A stretch of 64,000 bases of DNA, taken from the NCBI GenBank assembly GCA_964016885.1, contig OZ024760.1:20894001-20958000 (forward strand), given 5' to 3'. Below, piece after piece: positions 13,581-28,444 of the stretch (the stretch's first letter is position 1; each line of letters starts with the position of its first letter). The notes under the pieces are model-generated. The model was not told the origin of the DNA, did no database searches, and was given only the letters and a program-made list of their open reading frames with translations. This DNA comes from Eledone cirrhosa. Lineage: Eukaryota. The position numbers were made by a program, and so were the translations under genes.

Positions 13581-13772
13581 AGGGCGGTGGATTGGCAGTA
13601 TCAGTAGAGGGTCGGAAGCCATGCTTTCCAGCATAGTTACGTCCATTTACGATTTGAGTTCAAATCCCGCCGAGGTTGACTTTGCCTTTCATCTTTACGG
13701 GGTCGATAAAATAAAGTACCAGTAATGCACTGGGTAATTGCTGGCCTTGTGCCTAAAGTAGAAACAATTATT
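13581..13772 (+). mobile_element. SINE family B
   Basis: GGCGGTGGATTGGCAG...GAGTTCAAATCCCGCCGAGG...CTTTGCCTTTCATC...GATAAAATAAAGTACCAG...GGCCTTGTGCC.AAAGTAGAAAC; many copies in the window. Confidence 0.85.
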
Positions 13773-14123
13773 CTATATATACTATTATATTTTCATGGTA
13801 AATGCTTTATCTCACATAATATCGAATTTATGAGATTTTGAAAATATTTATTTTGACATCAGTTTGAGCAACCAGTTATAGCCAGTTTCAACAGAAAAAG
13901 GTAGAGAATTCTGGCCGGTTTGAACATTAAAGTGCAGTACTTAGCAAGGCTGACACCAATCTTGCATGGTGTTCCTAACCCCTTTACGAAGTCTTAGAGT
14001 TTCAATGCAATTATTATTATGATTTGAAACTTCCTTTGAGTTCTGCTTCTTTCCTAAATCATGCCAAGTGTCAACATGGCACCTCAGGCACAATTTGATA
14101 ATGCACACATTTTTACAATCAAT

Positions 14124-14455
14124 TGTGTTGTTTCCTTGAGCAAGACACTTTATTTTACATTGCTCCACTTCACTCAGCTGTAGAAATGAGATGATAGGGA
14201 CTGGGGTCCCTATCATTCCACTGCAAAGTGGTCGTGGAGGTGCTTCGGCAAAAAAGGACCCAGCCCACACTGTAAAGTGGACGTGTAGGAGCCACGGAAA
14301 AAAAGCACCCAACACTCACTGTAAATGAGGTTGGTGTTAGGAAGAGCATCCAGCTGTAGAAATCAAGCCAGAATCAGTTCACGTCCCACCCTTGCAAGCA
14401 GGGAAAAAGTGGACGTAAAATGAAATGATGAATGATGATGATGATGATGATGATG
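14124..14455 (+). mobile_element. SINE family A, head missing
   Basis: Core and tail match the family. Confidence 0.85.
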
Positions 14456-14645
14456 TCATACAAATGATGCCAGAAGAGCATAAACAACAGTAAAATGTCT
14501 TTAAACTGATAATGTCCTCAGGACATACAGTGCCAGTCAGCACTATTTTCTGTATCTCTTGCAGAGATGGCTTTCCAGGTATCGGGTCCAAATATTTTTC
14601 AGTACCCTTTTCTATCATTTTAAGTGCACTATCACTGGTATTGTA
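14455..14645 (-). mobile_element. R4/Dong-like RLE retrotransposon C-terminal fragment
   Basis: PVIV..(A)LKMIEKGTEKYLDPIPGKPSLQEIQKIVLTGT resembles the R4-clade C-terminus. Confidence 0.6.
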
Positions 14646-15348
14646 CAGGCTTTACTATCACCACTACCACCACCACCACCACCATTACTACTAGTACTAG
14701 CACCACCACCACCACTACCACCACCACCACCACCATCACTCCTAGCACCACCACCACCACTACTACCACTACTACTACAACAATATCATTGTTATCATCA
14801 TCATCATCATCATCATCACTGTTGTTTTGTGAGGTATTTTGGTGTTTTTTAAGAGTTAACACGTAATCCAGCGTAAAGTGGTACTGGACGGAAAATATCA
14901 GCAGAGGGCAACTCTGAGATTTGAAAGGGAGATAAGTTCTGCATCATTATAGAATTACAATACAGTATGGAAGAGGGCGGACATTTTGTATAGGTAGTTA
15001 CTAACTCTACTACTACTAGTTAAATATAGGAGTTTCTTTCCTTTATGGCTGTTAGGTAGGGTGCCAATTTTTTTACATATATATATATACACACACACAT
15101 ACATACATACATATTTACACATCTATATATATAATATACACACATATATAATATATATATATATACACACATATATAATATATATATATATACACACACA
15201 TACATATATATATATATACTTACATATATAGATATACACATACATATATAATATATATATATATACACACACATACATATATATATATATACTTACATAT
15301 ATAGATATACACATACATATATATAAATTTACATATATATATATATAT

Positions 15349-15379
<31 letters not shown>

Positions 15380-15574
15380 CACACATACATATATATATAT
15401 ATACACATATATATATATATATATACACACATACATATATATATATATACACACATACATATATACACACACATACATATATATATATATACACACATAC
15501 ATATATACACACACACACATATATATACACACACATACATATATATACACACACATACATATATATACACACGC

Positions 15575-15605
<31 letters not shown>

Positions 15606-15620
15606 CATATATATATACAC

Positions 15621-15651
<31 letters not shown>

Positions 15652-15704
15652 CATATACACATACATACATACATATATATATATATATACATATATATAT
15701 ACAC

Positions 15705-15737
<33 letters not shown>

Positions 15738-15838
15738 CATATATATATACACATACATACATAAATATATATACTTACATATATATATACACATACATAT
15801 ATATATATATTTACATATATATATACACACACACATAT

Positions 15839-15877
<39 letters not shown>

Positions 15878-16237
15878 CACAGATACATATATATATATAC
15901 ACACATACATATATACATACATACACACATACATAAATATACACACATATATACATACACACACACACATAAATATACACACACATATATACATACACAC
16001 ACACACACATATATATCTCTATATACACTATATATGAATGTATGTATATATATATATATACATACATACATACATTCACACATATTCATATATGTAGTGT
16101 GGCCGAGCCAGTTTAAGTGATGACATGTTTGCTCATTGCTCAGCGTCAGACTGGCTGACTGTTGCTTCACGCTTCAGTGATTAGCTGCAAAGTATGCAGC
16201 TAGCCACGTTTAACCAATGGACATCCTCATTGTTGTA

Positions 16238-16983
16238 ACCACCACCACCACCACCACCATGGCCATCATCATCACCGCCATTACCATCATCACTACCACC
16301 ATTACCATCATCACCACCACCACTACCACCACGGCCATTATCATCACCGCCATTACCATCATCACTACCACCATTACCATCATCACCACCACCACTACCA
16401 CCACGGCCATCATCATCACCGCCATTACCATCATCACTACCACCATTACCATCATCACCACCACCACTACCACCACGGCCATCATCATCACCGCCATTAC
16501 CATCATCACTACCACCATTACCATCATCACCACCACCACTACCACCACGGCCATCATCATCACCGCCATTACCATCATCACTACCACCATTACCATCATC
16601 ACCACCACCACTACCACCACGGCCATTATCATCACCGCCATTACCATCATCACTACCACCATTACCATCATCACCACCACCACTACCGCCATTACCATCA
16701 TCACTACCACCATTACCATCATCACCACCACCACTACCACCACGGCCATCATCATCACCGCCATTACCATCATCACTACCACCATTACCATCATCACCAC
16801 CACCACTACCACCACGGCCATTATCATCACCGCCATTACCATCATCACTACCACCATTACCATCATCACCACCACCACTACCACTACGGCCATCATCATC
16901 ACCGCCATTACCATCATCACTACCACCATTACCATCATCACTACCACCATTACTATCATCAAAATCATCATCATCATCATCAT
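16238..16983. repeat. 72-bp higher-order ACC/ATC trinucleotide repeat
   Basis: Unit marked by a recurring CACGGCC. Confidence 0.9.
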
Positions 16984-17241
16984 GGGTAAATAGCATACAA
17001 ATTGTAAAAATTGTTTTTTTTAATGAAATTAGAATAAATTGAAAATAAAGAAATAGAATAAAAGAAATTCTTTTTTGGGTGTGTGGGGGTGGAGTGTGTG
17101 TGTGTGTGTTAGAAATGTAATTATGATTCTATTTGATAAATAGAGTGTATGTATATGTTCTATAATGTTAACATTAACCCTAGAACACTGAATCTGAGCT
17201 CAATTCTTTATAGCAGTTGCTGGCAACTTTTAATCTGCAAG

Positions 17242-18590
17242 TCAGCAATGGAAAGACCAATGGAAACATTGTTTCCTTGGTCAGATCTGACAATCTACAG
17301 ATAGTATCAGTAATGGAAAGACCAATGGAAACATTGTTTCCTTGGTCAGATCTGACAATCTACAGATAGTCTCAGTAATGGAAAGACCAATGGAAACATT
17401 GTTTCCTTGGTCAGATCTGACAATCTACAGATAGTCTCAGTAATGGAAAGACCAATGGAAACATTGTTTCCTTGGTCAGATCTGACAATCTACAGATAGT
17501 CTCAGTAATGGAAAGACCAATGGAAACATTGTTTCCTTGGTCAGATCTGACAATCTACAGATAGTCTCAGTAATGGAAAGACCAATGGAAACATTGTTTC
17601 CTTGGTCAGATCTGACAATCTACAGATAGTCTCAGTAATGGAAAGACCAATGGAAACATTGTTTCCTTGGTCAGATCTGACAATCTACAGATAGTCTCAG
17701 TAATGGAAAGACCAATGGAAACATTGTTTCCTTGGTCTGATCTGACAATCTACAGATAGTCTCAGTAATGGAAAGACCAATGGAAACATTGTTTCCTTGG
17801 TCTGATCTGACAATCTACAGATAGTATCAGTAATGGAAAGACCAATGGAAACATTGTTTCCTTGGTCAGATCTGACAATCTACAGATAGTCTCAGTAATG
17901 GAAAGACCAATGGAAACATTGTTTCCTTGGTCTGATCTGACAATCTACAGATAGTATCAGCAATGGAAAGACCAATGGAAACATTGTTTCCTTGGTCTGA
18001 TCTGACAATCTACAGATAGTATCAGTAATGGAAAGACCAATGGAAACATTGTTTCCTTGGTCAGATCTGACAATCTACAGATAGTATCAGCAATGGAAAG
18101 ACCAATGGAAACATTGTTTCCTTGGTCAGATCTGACAATCTACAGATAGTATCAGCAATGGAAAGACCAATGGAAACATTGTTTCCTTGGTCAGATCTGA
18201 CAATCTACAGATAGTATCAGTAATGGAAAGACCAATGGAAACATTGTTTCCTTGGTCAGATCTGACAATCTACAGATAGTATCAGCAATGGAAAGACCAA
18301 TGGAAACATTGTTTCCTTGGTCAGATCTGACAATCTACAGATAGTATCAGTAATGGAAAGACCAATGGAAACATTGTTTCCTTGGTCAGATCTGACAATC
18401 TACAGATAGTATCAGTAATGGAAAGACCAATGGAAACATTGTTTCCTTGGTCAGATCTGACAATCTACAGATAGTATCAGTAATGGAAAGACCAATGGAA
18501 ACATTGTTTCCTTGGTCAGATCTGATCTGATGGTTTAGACATAGTATCAACAATGGAAAGACGAATGGAAACATTGTATACTTGGTCTGA
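17242..18590. repeat. 65-bp tandem array (about 20 units) with internal palindromes
   Basis: Period 65; GACCAATGGAAACATTGTTTCCTTGGTC and GTCAGATCTGAC occur in each unit. Confidence 0.95.
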
Positions 18591-19805
18591 TTTCACAAGC
18601 TCAACCGCATCGGTATGCAAATGCGGTCTGGGATCTTGTTAATTGAATATCAACCTGGCCCAAACCACCTCTGGTTCTATGAAACAAAACCACTCATTTT
18701 AAAGGGTTCTTATTTAAGGAAGAACCATATATTAAGTTGCTTACTATCTTAATATTGGAATAATGAATAATTTCAGTAAATCCTTCTAAATTCTTCATTA
18801 ATTGAAATAGATTGTATTTTATTAGAAATATTGTCAAAAATTAAAGAGAAATTGGCTCCACCATGTTTAGAATGCCCAAGACATGCAGGCTGTCAAAATA
18901 GCATCCCTAAGAATCCAGCAACAGTTAAAGGCACTTTACCTTGACCTACAGTCACAAAAGGGTGAAACTAAACTGCTATAAACCCCCACCCCCCATAAAA
19001 AAAAAACAAAAAAAAAAACAATAAAAATATAAATAAAAAGCCAAAAGCAGTTGCATCAACGCGAAAGCAAGCGATGATAAAAGTCTGCATAAACCTTTCA
19101 AGTGGCTGCGCAATATTTCCCAATCCAAAAGAACTTCTGTAAGCAAGCAATATAAAAATATGAGGCCATCATTAAATCATGTACATAATATGTAGTCGTT
19201 AGATTGGGGTTGCATTTTAATTGATATCTGTTCCGTGATAATCAACGACTTTAGTTGAAATTTGATCCAAACCCAGAACTTCATCAAGCCAGAGCTTACC
19301 CTAGTTTTATTGGTGTTAAGTGTTTGAGAGTACAAAACTTGCCCCTGGACAGTACACTAGTCCATCACAGGGTTAATGTCTGACTCAAGCCAAGAGTTGG
19401 GGAATTTTCTTCTGTTTTTACATGTTGTTGTTCTGTTTTATTTTTCTATGAACAAAACACCAAACTGTATCGTCCTTAATGTTTTCTTTATGTGAACTCT
19501 TTATAGTTAATAGAAAAATTATAATCAATATTATTCCCCCTTTTTTTAGGTGAGGGTGGGAGTCTTGTGAAACCATTTGTTTAGTCATTTACCTATGTAT
19601 GATGTGGAACAGGAGAAGGTAAGTAAGAGGGTATTTGCTTTCAGGTACCTGAATGGGGTGAGATGAGGCCATATACAACAACTTGTTATGCATTACCTGT
19701 GTCAGTAGGTGCCATAAAAGGGCATTATATACAGGAGATTATTTGTACCTTTACATTGGTACTGAATGTTGATTTGTGTGTGTGTGTGTATACACACACA
19801 CATAT

Positions 19806-19836
<31 letters not shown>

Positions 19837-20214
19837 GCATGATGGATTCAGTTTCAACTGGTTAGACCATTACTCACCAGAGTATTCAATACTTGCGGTA
19901 GTAGAGTATGGTTATATGAATGAGTGAATCAGGACCCCAATGGCTGAGCTCTTGCTGTTTCAACAGCTAGTTCCAGACTGGCTGTTGAAATCGCAAGAGC
20001 TCAGCCACCAGGGTCCTGACTCATTCATATATATATGAATGAAGTAATTCCGTCGGAAAAGTCCAGGAAAAAAGAGTGCTCTATGTAGGTAACAGAGCTT
20101 AATAGTTATGTAATAAACAACATAAGACAATTATTTCATTTACCAGTGTTTTTTTTTGCTTTTAAGAAACCACTGGTAAATGAAATAATTGCCTTATGTT
20201 GTTTATTACATAAC

Positions 20215-20269
<55 letters not shown>

Positions 20270-22059
20270 TCTAAAATAAACAGCCCCTCCCTGCTATTTT
20301 ATGTCTGAGAAATGGGAAAAATTCAACCCCCATTTGTAAACTGGGGCCACTAATCAACACATTGTTCAGATCGCCTATATACACCCCCCCCCTCCATTTT
20401 ACCATTGATTTTTTTTTTTTTGTCACATTCCTCGGCATATATTTGAGTATATAAGGTATGTGTGTGTAAAGTGAGAGAGGTATATAAAGTATATTATTAC
20501 CATTATTATTACCATTATTGTTCTGGAGTTGCGACCAATAGATAGTACTAGCAACTGGAAAGACCAATGGAAACATTGTTTCCTCGGTCCGATTTGATGA
20601 AAGTCGATTGATCCTTTTTTTTTTTTTATATTAATATTTTATTCTTTTTTCCAGTGAAAACAACTGATATAGCTTTAACAACTTATAACTTCATATTTTT
20701 TCTCTTTAAGTTCAAAACTTTTTATATACTAAAAAAATTTGTTCCACATTTGAATTATTTTACTGCTTTTTTTGTTTTTTAGATATGTATTTCATTTATT
20801 ATTTTTTTGTTTTAGCCATTTTCACACAGGAAATGAAAAGTGTTGTAGTATAAATGGTGCTATAGTAAAATTGGTGCTGTAGTATAGGTAGGGTGTAGGA
20901 ACTGTTAATCTATATAGTTCCAATGAAAGCACTAAGATATTAAGCAGTAAACACCAGAATTATGTAACCTAAGCTACACAGGGATATTTGAGAGGGGGTG
21001 GTGGTGTAAAGGAGAGATCTGAGGTTAGATGCAAGGAAATATTACAAGGGGGGGAAAAAAGGAATATCATGTGCAAAGGGGACTCAAGCTGAAACTTCCA
21101 CCAATAAGATTTAGAACAAATATTTAATTTCAAGACAGATTTTTTAAAAATAATTTGAAATAAAGATTTTTTTTTTTTTTTCTAAATTAAAAAATAATAA
21201 AAATAAATAAAAACTGCAAATCAAATGAAGGAAGGGTAGGAAAAAAAAGCATAATTTTTAGATTGAGGCACCGAAGCTGTGTATACTAAAAATAATACTG
21301 CCACCCAGAAGCTATAGAAAAAAAGATAGGCTAAATAAAAAATATTTTTTTAAATTATAAATTAAAAAAGCTAAAAATGTAAAATAAATTTAAAAAAAAG
21401 TACATACATACAAAATATTAAAGCAAAATGATAATAACGATAATTATAAAAATAAAATAAAATAAAATAAAATAGGGTCATTTAACCGAAAAAAAATATA
21501 TATAGCCAAGCAAAATAGCTATTACATAGAAATTTGTATATATACACACCTGTGGAAACTCTGTTCGTTTTCTTATGCATGCGGCCTATGTGACAACACG
21601 TGAATATAGTTAGGTGATACAAATGCAACAAAATGCTAGTGAATTTACATTTGTCTGTTGAGGTTTTAATATATATATTATTATTATTATTTTTTTTTTT
21701 TTTTTTGCAGTACAATTAGAATTAATTAATTATAAATTTAGTTTAAAAAAAAAAAAAAGAAAGAAATATAAATGACGAAATTTAAAAGGTTTGTAAAGGC
21801 TGTAAATCGTAATGACACATCCTCCTCGCCATTTGTTGGGGTTGTCTAACCATTGTCAAACATAGGAGAGGAGGGAGTTATTGCAAGCAAGGTTTAAGGG
21901 GTCTAAATCAGAACAACCCCAATGAATGTTGGATGCCATCTGAAAAATTGACATTGACTGCTCCTCAACAAAAAGCTATATTCACTGAACATGGGTGAAT
22001 TGAAGGTGAAGTATTTTCTTTAAGATCTAATTATACTTTTATATATATGTATACTTATA

Positions 22060-22108
<49 letters not shown>

Positions 22109-22548
22109 GCATATGTGTGTGTGTGTCTATATGTATTTTTTTTATTTATATAGGTATGTAGGGTTTTGGAAGTGTAGTAGACAATGCGAGCAGGGAAAAG
22201 CGGACGTAACATGATGATGATGATATATATGGTTACATGAATGTGATTTCGTATTATGAAAGAAAGAGTCATTGATATGTAAACATAAGGGTGATTTCTA
22301 AATTTCAATACATGGTATTAGTAACACAATAAAAAACTGACTGTTTCATAGATATCATTGTGAAAGGAACACATTCTCCTTTGCCTGAACCTGGACACGT
22401 GCCATGAGATTGGAAATCATCAGTTTTGAATCAAAACTGATGATTAACTATAACCAGATCGACATACAAGCTCTGATAAGGGAGAATTAAGGGATTTTGC
22501 TAATAATATCTGTGAAACTGGTAGATTTTGCTATTTATTACAAATACC

Positions 22549-22577
<29 letters not shown>

Positions 22578-22579
<2 letters not shown>

Positions 22580-22767
22580 CGATATTAAACAAATGGAAAC
22601 TATATTTATAAAACCATATTTATTTCGTTATATAACGAAATAAATATGGTTTTATAAATATAGTTTCCATTTGTTTAATATCGTAAACCTACTCCAGAAA
22701 CTGTTGAGTGCTTTTATATCAGTTATAAAATATTTACTCGTAACCCAACAATCTTAAATAAAACTTT

Positions 22768-22772
<5 letters not shown>
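22578..22772. mobile_element. Perfect palindrome (22578-22684) plus tail homologous to the PLE leader
   Basis: Tail ...TTGAGTGCTTTTATATCAGTTATAAAA...CCCAACAAT.TTAAATA...TGCATATAT aligns with 36236-36352. Confidence 0.85.
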
Positions 22773-22808
<36 letters not shown>

Positions 22809-23098
22809 AAAATTAAGATAATCAAAATTATGGGTGTCATGCCATAAGACATGCGCCATATCACCCGCAAAATAAGCTCTAAGATTCTAACGAATAGGTC
22901 CGAGCATTTTATAATAACTAGAAATTGATTAACATATAAATAAACATGAATAATCACAGGAGATAATTTTTACAATTGTGTAAGCACACATAGCTAGGTA
23001 GGTAACTAAATAAAGTTAACATGTGATTATTCATGTTTATTTATATGTTAATCAATTTTTAGTTATTATATATATATATATATATATGTATGTATCTA

Positions 23099-23151
<53 letters not shown>

Positions 23152-23412
23152 TACTTTTGGAGGGTATGCAGCCAATAAAAACACGCACTTGGGTTTCACT
23201 TCCATTTACCATTATAATTTCCCACTTGGTTAGTTTAATCTGGTTAGTACACTTAGTTTAATCTGGTTAGTACACTAACCGACTAAGAAATTATAATAAT
23301 AGATTGAAGTGAAACCCAACAAGTGGATGTGTTTTATTGGCAGCATGACTCTACCAAACCTCAATATCTGTTTTAACATATTTTCAGATAAAAAAAATCT
23401 TATACAAAAACT

Positions 23413-23443
<31 letters not shown>

Positions 23444-24367
23444 CCCGTATATAAAGTTGGTGCTGTAGTTAGTGGTGTTGTTGGTGTTGTAATTGTTGCC
23501 AATGACGGAAAGGAAAGGAATGGTAAGAGCAAAGATCAACAAACATGATAACCTGTTTAAGTAAGGCCTCAGTTAATTCTAGGAAAGAAGTAAATATTGA
23601 CCCTACTTTCACCTGCTGTGTTGAAAACTTTTTCAAACAAACTCTAAATATCTTTACTGAGAGTCTACAGCAATCATGTGAGTGTGTATACAATATTTAT
23701 ACACAAGAGTATATATATATATATTTATATACACACACACACACATACACATACAGAGGGAGATAAATATATTGACAAGGTAGAATTCCAACTATGAACC
23801 GTGTGGTTTCAGCTTGTTATTTCACAAGCTCCATCAAGGGTACTAGCTGCAGAATTTACAGTGAGGTTTCTATCCCTTCAATATACCCACACTGTATCTC
23901 ATCCAGCATCAACTACTACTACTACATGTATATAGGTAAAATTTGGTTAACCTTCTGGGTGCTGAATTTTTTAATGAATTGCTTCCCTTGATACTGTACT
24001 ATGTATTAAAGAGAGAGTAAGCTATTGACGACTTCAGTTGCCTGCAGCGACAAGAAGGTTAAATTCACAATATTTTCTTCTGCCAAATATATGCGTTTCG
24101 CTGGGGGAAGTTGTTATTTGGGCAGCTTGTTAGTTTGGCATCTTTGTTATGGATCAAAAACAGAACTTTAATCTGTAAAAAATACGTTGAACTGACGAGC
24201 TGCCGAAATAACATCACCCAGCAAAACACGTATATTGAAATGTGAAAATATACAAATTTTGTACATAACTCATCCCTTGGACACTAGGGGCTTTGCCAAC
24301 TTTGGATATAATTTTTTTACAAAATTCAATGCACTATATATACACATACACATATATATATATATAT

Positions 24368-24399
<32 letters not shown>

Positions 24400-24405
24400 T
24401 TATAT

Positions 24406-24492
<87 letters not shown>

Positions 24493-24712
24493 TAATATAT
24501 ATATATATGTGTATATATATATATATGGAAAGTTCATAGGCTAACTATGAAGGAATGAAGCTAGAGCTATGAAATCTTGCATGCCGTAATTTCAACTTTT
24601 CTTATTAATAACTGCATTGTTTCTTTTCTGGGACTATGTTGTAAAATAAACCTCATTTGGTCATTCTATGTATCTTGATCAGCCTGTGGACTTTTCAGCC
24701 AACCCTTGTGTG

Positions 24713-24750
<38 letters not shown>

Positions 24751-25009
24751 TATATATGTATATATATATATATATATATAAGTAAGAGATAAACAGAAAT
24801 AAAAACACAATCGGTACAGTATATGGAAGGTATATATATATATTAGGTTAACGCTTGATATAGCAGGAAGAGGGTCTTAACGTTTCTGACGCTAGTCCTT
24901 CATCAGAAAGAATGAGAAATAAAATAGATTGAGGGGACGGGCGGGCGGGGTGGAATTGGAAAAAATGTCTTTAGATAAAAATAATAGGTCCATTCATGTT
25001 GACATCTCT

Positions 25010-25041
<32 letters not shown>

Positions 25042-25059
25042 ATAAAGAGAGACAAACAC

Positions 25060-25110
<51 letters not shown>

Positions 25111-25141
25111 TATATATATAAATATATAAATATATATAAAT

Positions 25142-25212
<71 letters not shown>

Positions 25213-25310
25213 AAAAGACTCCAGTTGCATTTTCGATTCCATCTTTTTTCCTTATACTTTCACTCGTGTAGGACATCTTGTTTTTTTTTCATTTTGTAAA
25301 AAAACCTCAC

Positions 25311-25341
<31 letters not shown>

Positions 25342-25342
<1 letters not shown>

Positions 25343-25640
25343 CATCATCATCATCATTTCATTTTACGTCCGCTTTTTCCCTGCTTGCAAGGGTGGGACG
25401 GGAACTGATTCTGGCTTGATTTCTACAGCTGGATGCCCTTCTTAACACCAACCTCATTTACAGTGAGTGCTGGGTGCTTTTTTTGCCGTGGCACCTCCAC
25501 AACCACTTTGCAGTAAACTGGAGCAATGTGAAATAAAGTTTCTTGCTCAAGGAAACAACACATCACCCGGTCTGAGAATTGAACTCACAACCTTTCGATT
25601 GCAAGGCCAATGCTCTAACCACTAAGCCATGTGCCTCCAC
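25342..25640 (-). mobile_element. SINE family A
   Basis: Head, core and tail present, with an internal deletion. Confidence 0.85.
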
Positions 25641-25651
25641 ACACATATATG

Positions 25652-25690
<39 letters not shown>

Positions 25691-25991
25691 TTTCACAACA
25701 ATTACCAAACCATACTTGAGAACACGTGTTTTACCTAAAAAAGATTTTCAACTGATATGGTGATGATGTGAGCATACCCACATACCCACAGACTGAATCC
25801 ATAACCAACAAGTAGACTTTTAACACTTTACCAATTAAATATTACTGGTATAGTAGCTGTCAGCCACCTTCTAGCTGGCACTCTAATGAATCTGGCAGTT
25901 TGCCACCTTCAGTCAGAGACAGGTTAGTATTAATTAACCCTTTTAACACCAAAATGTACTTGGTTCTACGATACAAAACTGTTTGTTTTAA

Positions 25992-26192
25992 TCCTTTAGC
26001 ATTTAAACCGGCCATATTCAGCCAGAATTCTCTCACTTCTTTCTGTTCAAACCAGCCATAACCAGCCATGCATACTAATGTTAAGGTATTGTTCTCAAAA
26101 TCCTGTAGATATTTTGTGAAATAATTATTTAAGATAAAGCCTTTACTATGAAAATACAATAGTAAATGTAGAGAAATATAAATGCTAAAGGG
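25992..26192. mobile_element. piggyBac-like MITE
   Basis: TTAA|TCCTTTAGCATTTA...TAAATGCTAAAGGG|TTAA. Confidence 0.75.
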
Positions 26193-26799
26193 TTAAGGTG
26201 TTTATAGTTAGCTAGAAACCGTTCATCATAATTTTATGTAAGAATCTTTACTATGTTCCAAACACCAGTTAACCCTTGTGTTACCAAATTACTTGAAACC
26301 ACCCCTGGTTCAATGACAAAACTATTTGTTTTAAAGTGTTTATATTTTATTTAGAAACCCTCCATCATAATTTCATGTAAGAACCTTTGTTTACTTATGT
26401 TCCAAACACCAACTTAATCCATTTAACACCAGAATGCATTTGGTGCCACAATACAAAACTGTTTGTTTTAAATGAGTTTATATTTATCTAGAAACTTTCC
26501 ATCATAATTTTATGAAAGAACCTTTGCCAAGTTAACCTTAACAATAAATGCTCATTACATTCAATATGTTAACACTAAACTTTACTACTGATTTTCATGC
26601 AGAATGTGTCACTGAGTAACTTTAACCCCAGTGCATTATCTTTTTAAACATTTTCTTTTTTAAGAAATAAAATAGCTTACACCTATGTAAATTTACCAGG
26701 TCTCCTATGAGATTGTATCTCATAAGATGATTATTGGATGTTTTAATGATAGGGGACCCAGACCTATCATGAAAATTTGGAATAAATGTTTGAATTTAA

Positions 26800-27150
26800 G
26801 TACAAAGTGCACCAAAAAATGTTTACCTGTTCTAAAGTGCAGTAACATGTATTTACCTGTTCTAAAATGCACTAAAATGTATTTACCTGTTCTAAAGTGC
26901 ACTAAAATGTATTTACCTGTTCTAAAGTGCACTAAAATGTATTTACCTGTTCTAAAATGCACTAAAATGTATTTACCTGTTCTAAAATGCACTAAAATGT
27001 TTCTACCTGTTCTAAAATGCACTAAAATGTATTTACCTGTTCTAAAGTGCACTAAAATGTTTCTACCTGTTCTAAAGTGCAACAAAATATATTGACCTGT
27101 TCTAGCATGCACCTAAGTACTTTTACCTGTTCTAAAGTGCACTAAAATAT
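26800..27150. repeat. 30-bp minisatellite
   Basis: TGCACTAAAATGTATTTACCTGTTCTAAAR. Confidence 0.95.
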
Positions 27151-28444
27151 ATTTGTTTTAAAGTGTATCATGAGTAAAATAAAAAGTTTAAAAAAAAAAA
27201 AAAAATGTTTGGCAACCCCCTTCCCTAACCACTAAGCCACACAACTTCACCATTTTCTCTGAGTTCATATTGCCATTTATCAACTGCAACATTTTCTATG
27301 TTCTTTACTTAGTCAGTGAAAGTTATTCATCTGTGAAAATCAATAAATACTATTTGTTAGTAAGTCGTGGTGTTGATTTAACTGACCACAACCACCACCT
27401 CTTCCGAATGAGTTGGCCATGTGTCAATGTTAGGAATCAATATTTTAGTTCTATCATATTTCTGTGTAGTATCTTAACCCTCTAAACCTTTTCGTTACTA
27501 TTGAAAGACACTGTCTATAATTTTTTTTGGAAATAATCGAGAATCTGGAGGGATTTAGTACTATAACTTTCTTCTTATTAAGCTGGTGTTTGGAACACAG
27601 CTTCAGGGTTTTTAGATAAATATAAACTTTTTAACCCAATAGCTTGAGGGGGACTTCTTCTCTGAAGACCTGCTGTCCAGCTCTCCTGAGAGTTTCTTGC
27701 CACATTACGAAAGACACTGTCTATGATTCTAAAATAATTTTGGAACTAATCAAGAATTTGGCGGGATTTTAGTAATATAACTAACTTCTCATTATTAAGC
27801 TGGTATTGGGAACCTAGCTTAAGGGTTTTTACATAAATATAAGCTTTCTAACCCTTTCATTTCTATATTTTTATGAAGGAAGGTTTTTAGATAAACATAA
27901 ATACCTTAAAACAAACAGTTTTGTATGATAGCACCATGAGTGGTTTGATATCAAAAGGACTGAAGTACATAACCCTTCTCATTGTACACACCATTCTATA
28001 TATATACTCTTGGGTCCCAAATAATGAGAGGGGTGTTAGTGGGTGCGGAAATTGATAATTTTTCTAGGTTGCCTCCCTTGATTTTAAAAAAAAAACCAGA
28101 ATTAGTTGTTTAGTTTACATATTGAGACCCCAACCCATGCTATTCATTTTATAACATAAAGGATTTTTAGTAATGTTCTTTTTTTGTCATGTACAATCTT
28201 TTTTTAATGTCTAAAGAAAATTAATTGTCGCAGCAATGTTACCACTTAACCCTTTTGCATTTAAACCAGCCATATCCACTGCACCCAGAATTCTCTCACC
28301 TTTTCCTGTTTAAACAGGCCACTCATACTGATGTTAAGGTATTGTTCTCAAAATAAATAATATCAAAATCTCATAGATTCGATATTATATGAAATAAAGC
28401 CTTTACCACGAAAATGTAATATCTAAAAACAGTCTGAAGTCTGT

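Noticed and set aside
16181-16996. Gly/Asp-rich 271-aa ORF resembling a structural protein
   Set aside because: It is a trinucleotide higher-order repeat open in several frames on both strands, with no signal peptide.
17242-18590. CRISPR-like array of palindromic repeats
   Set aside because: The sequence between palindromes is essentially identical (no unique spacers), there are no cas genes, and the context is eukaryotic.
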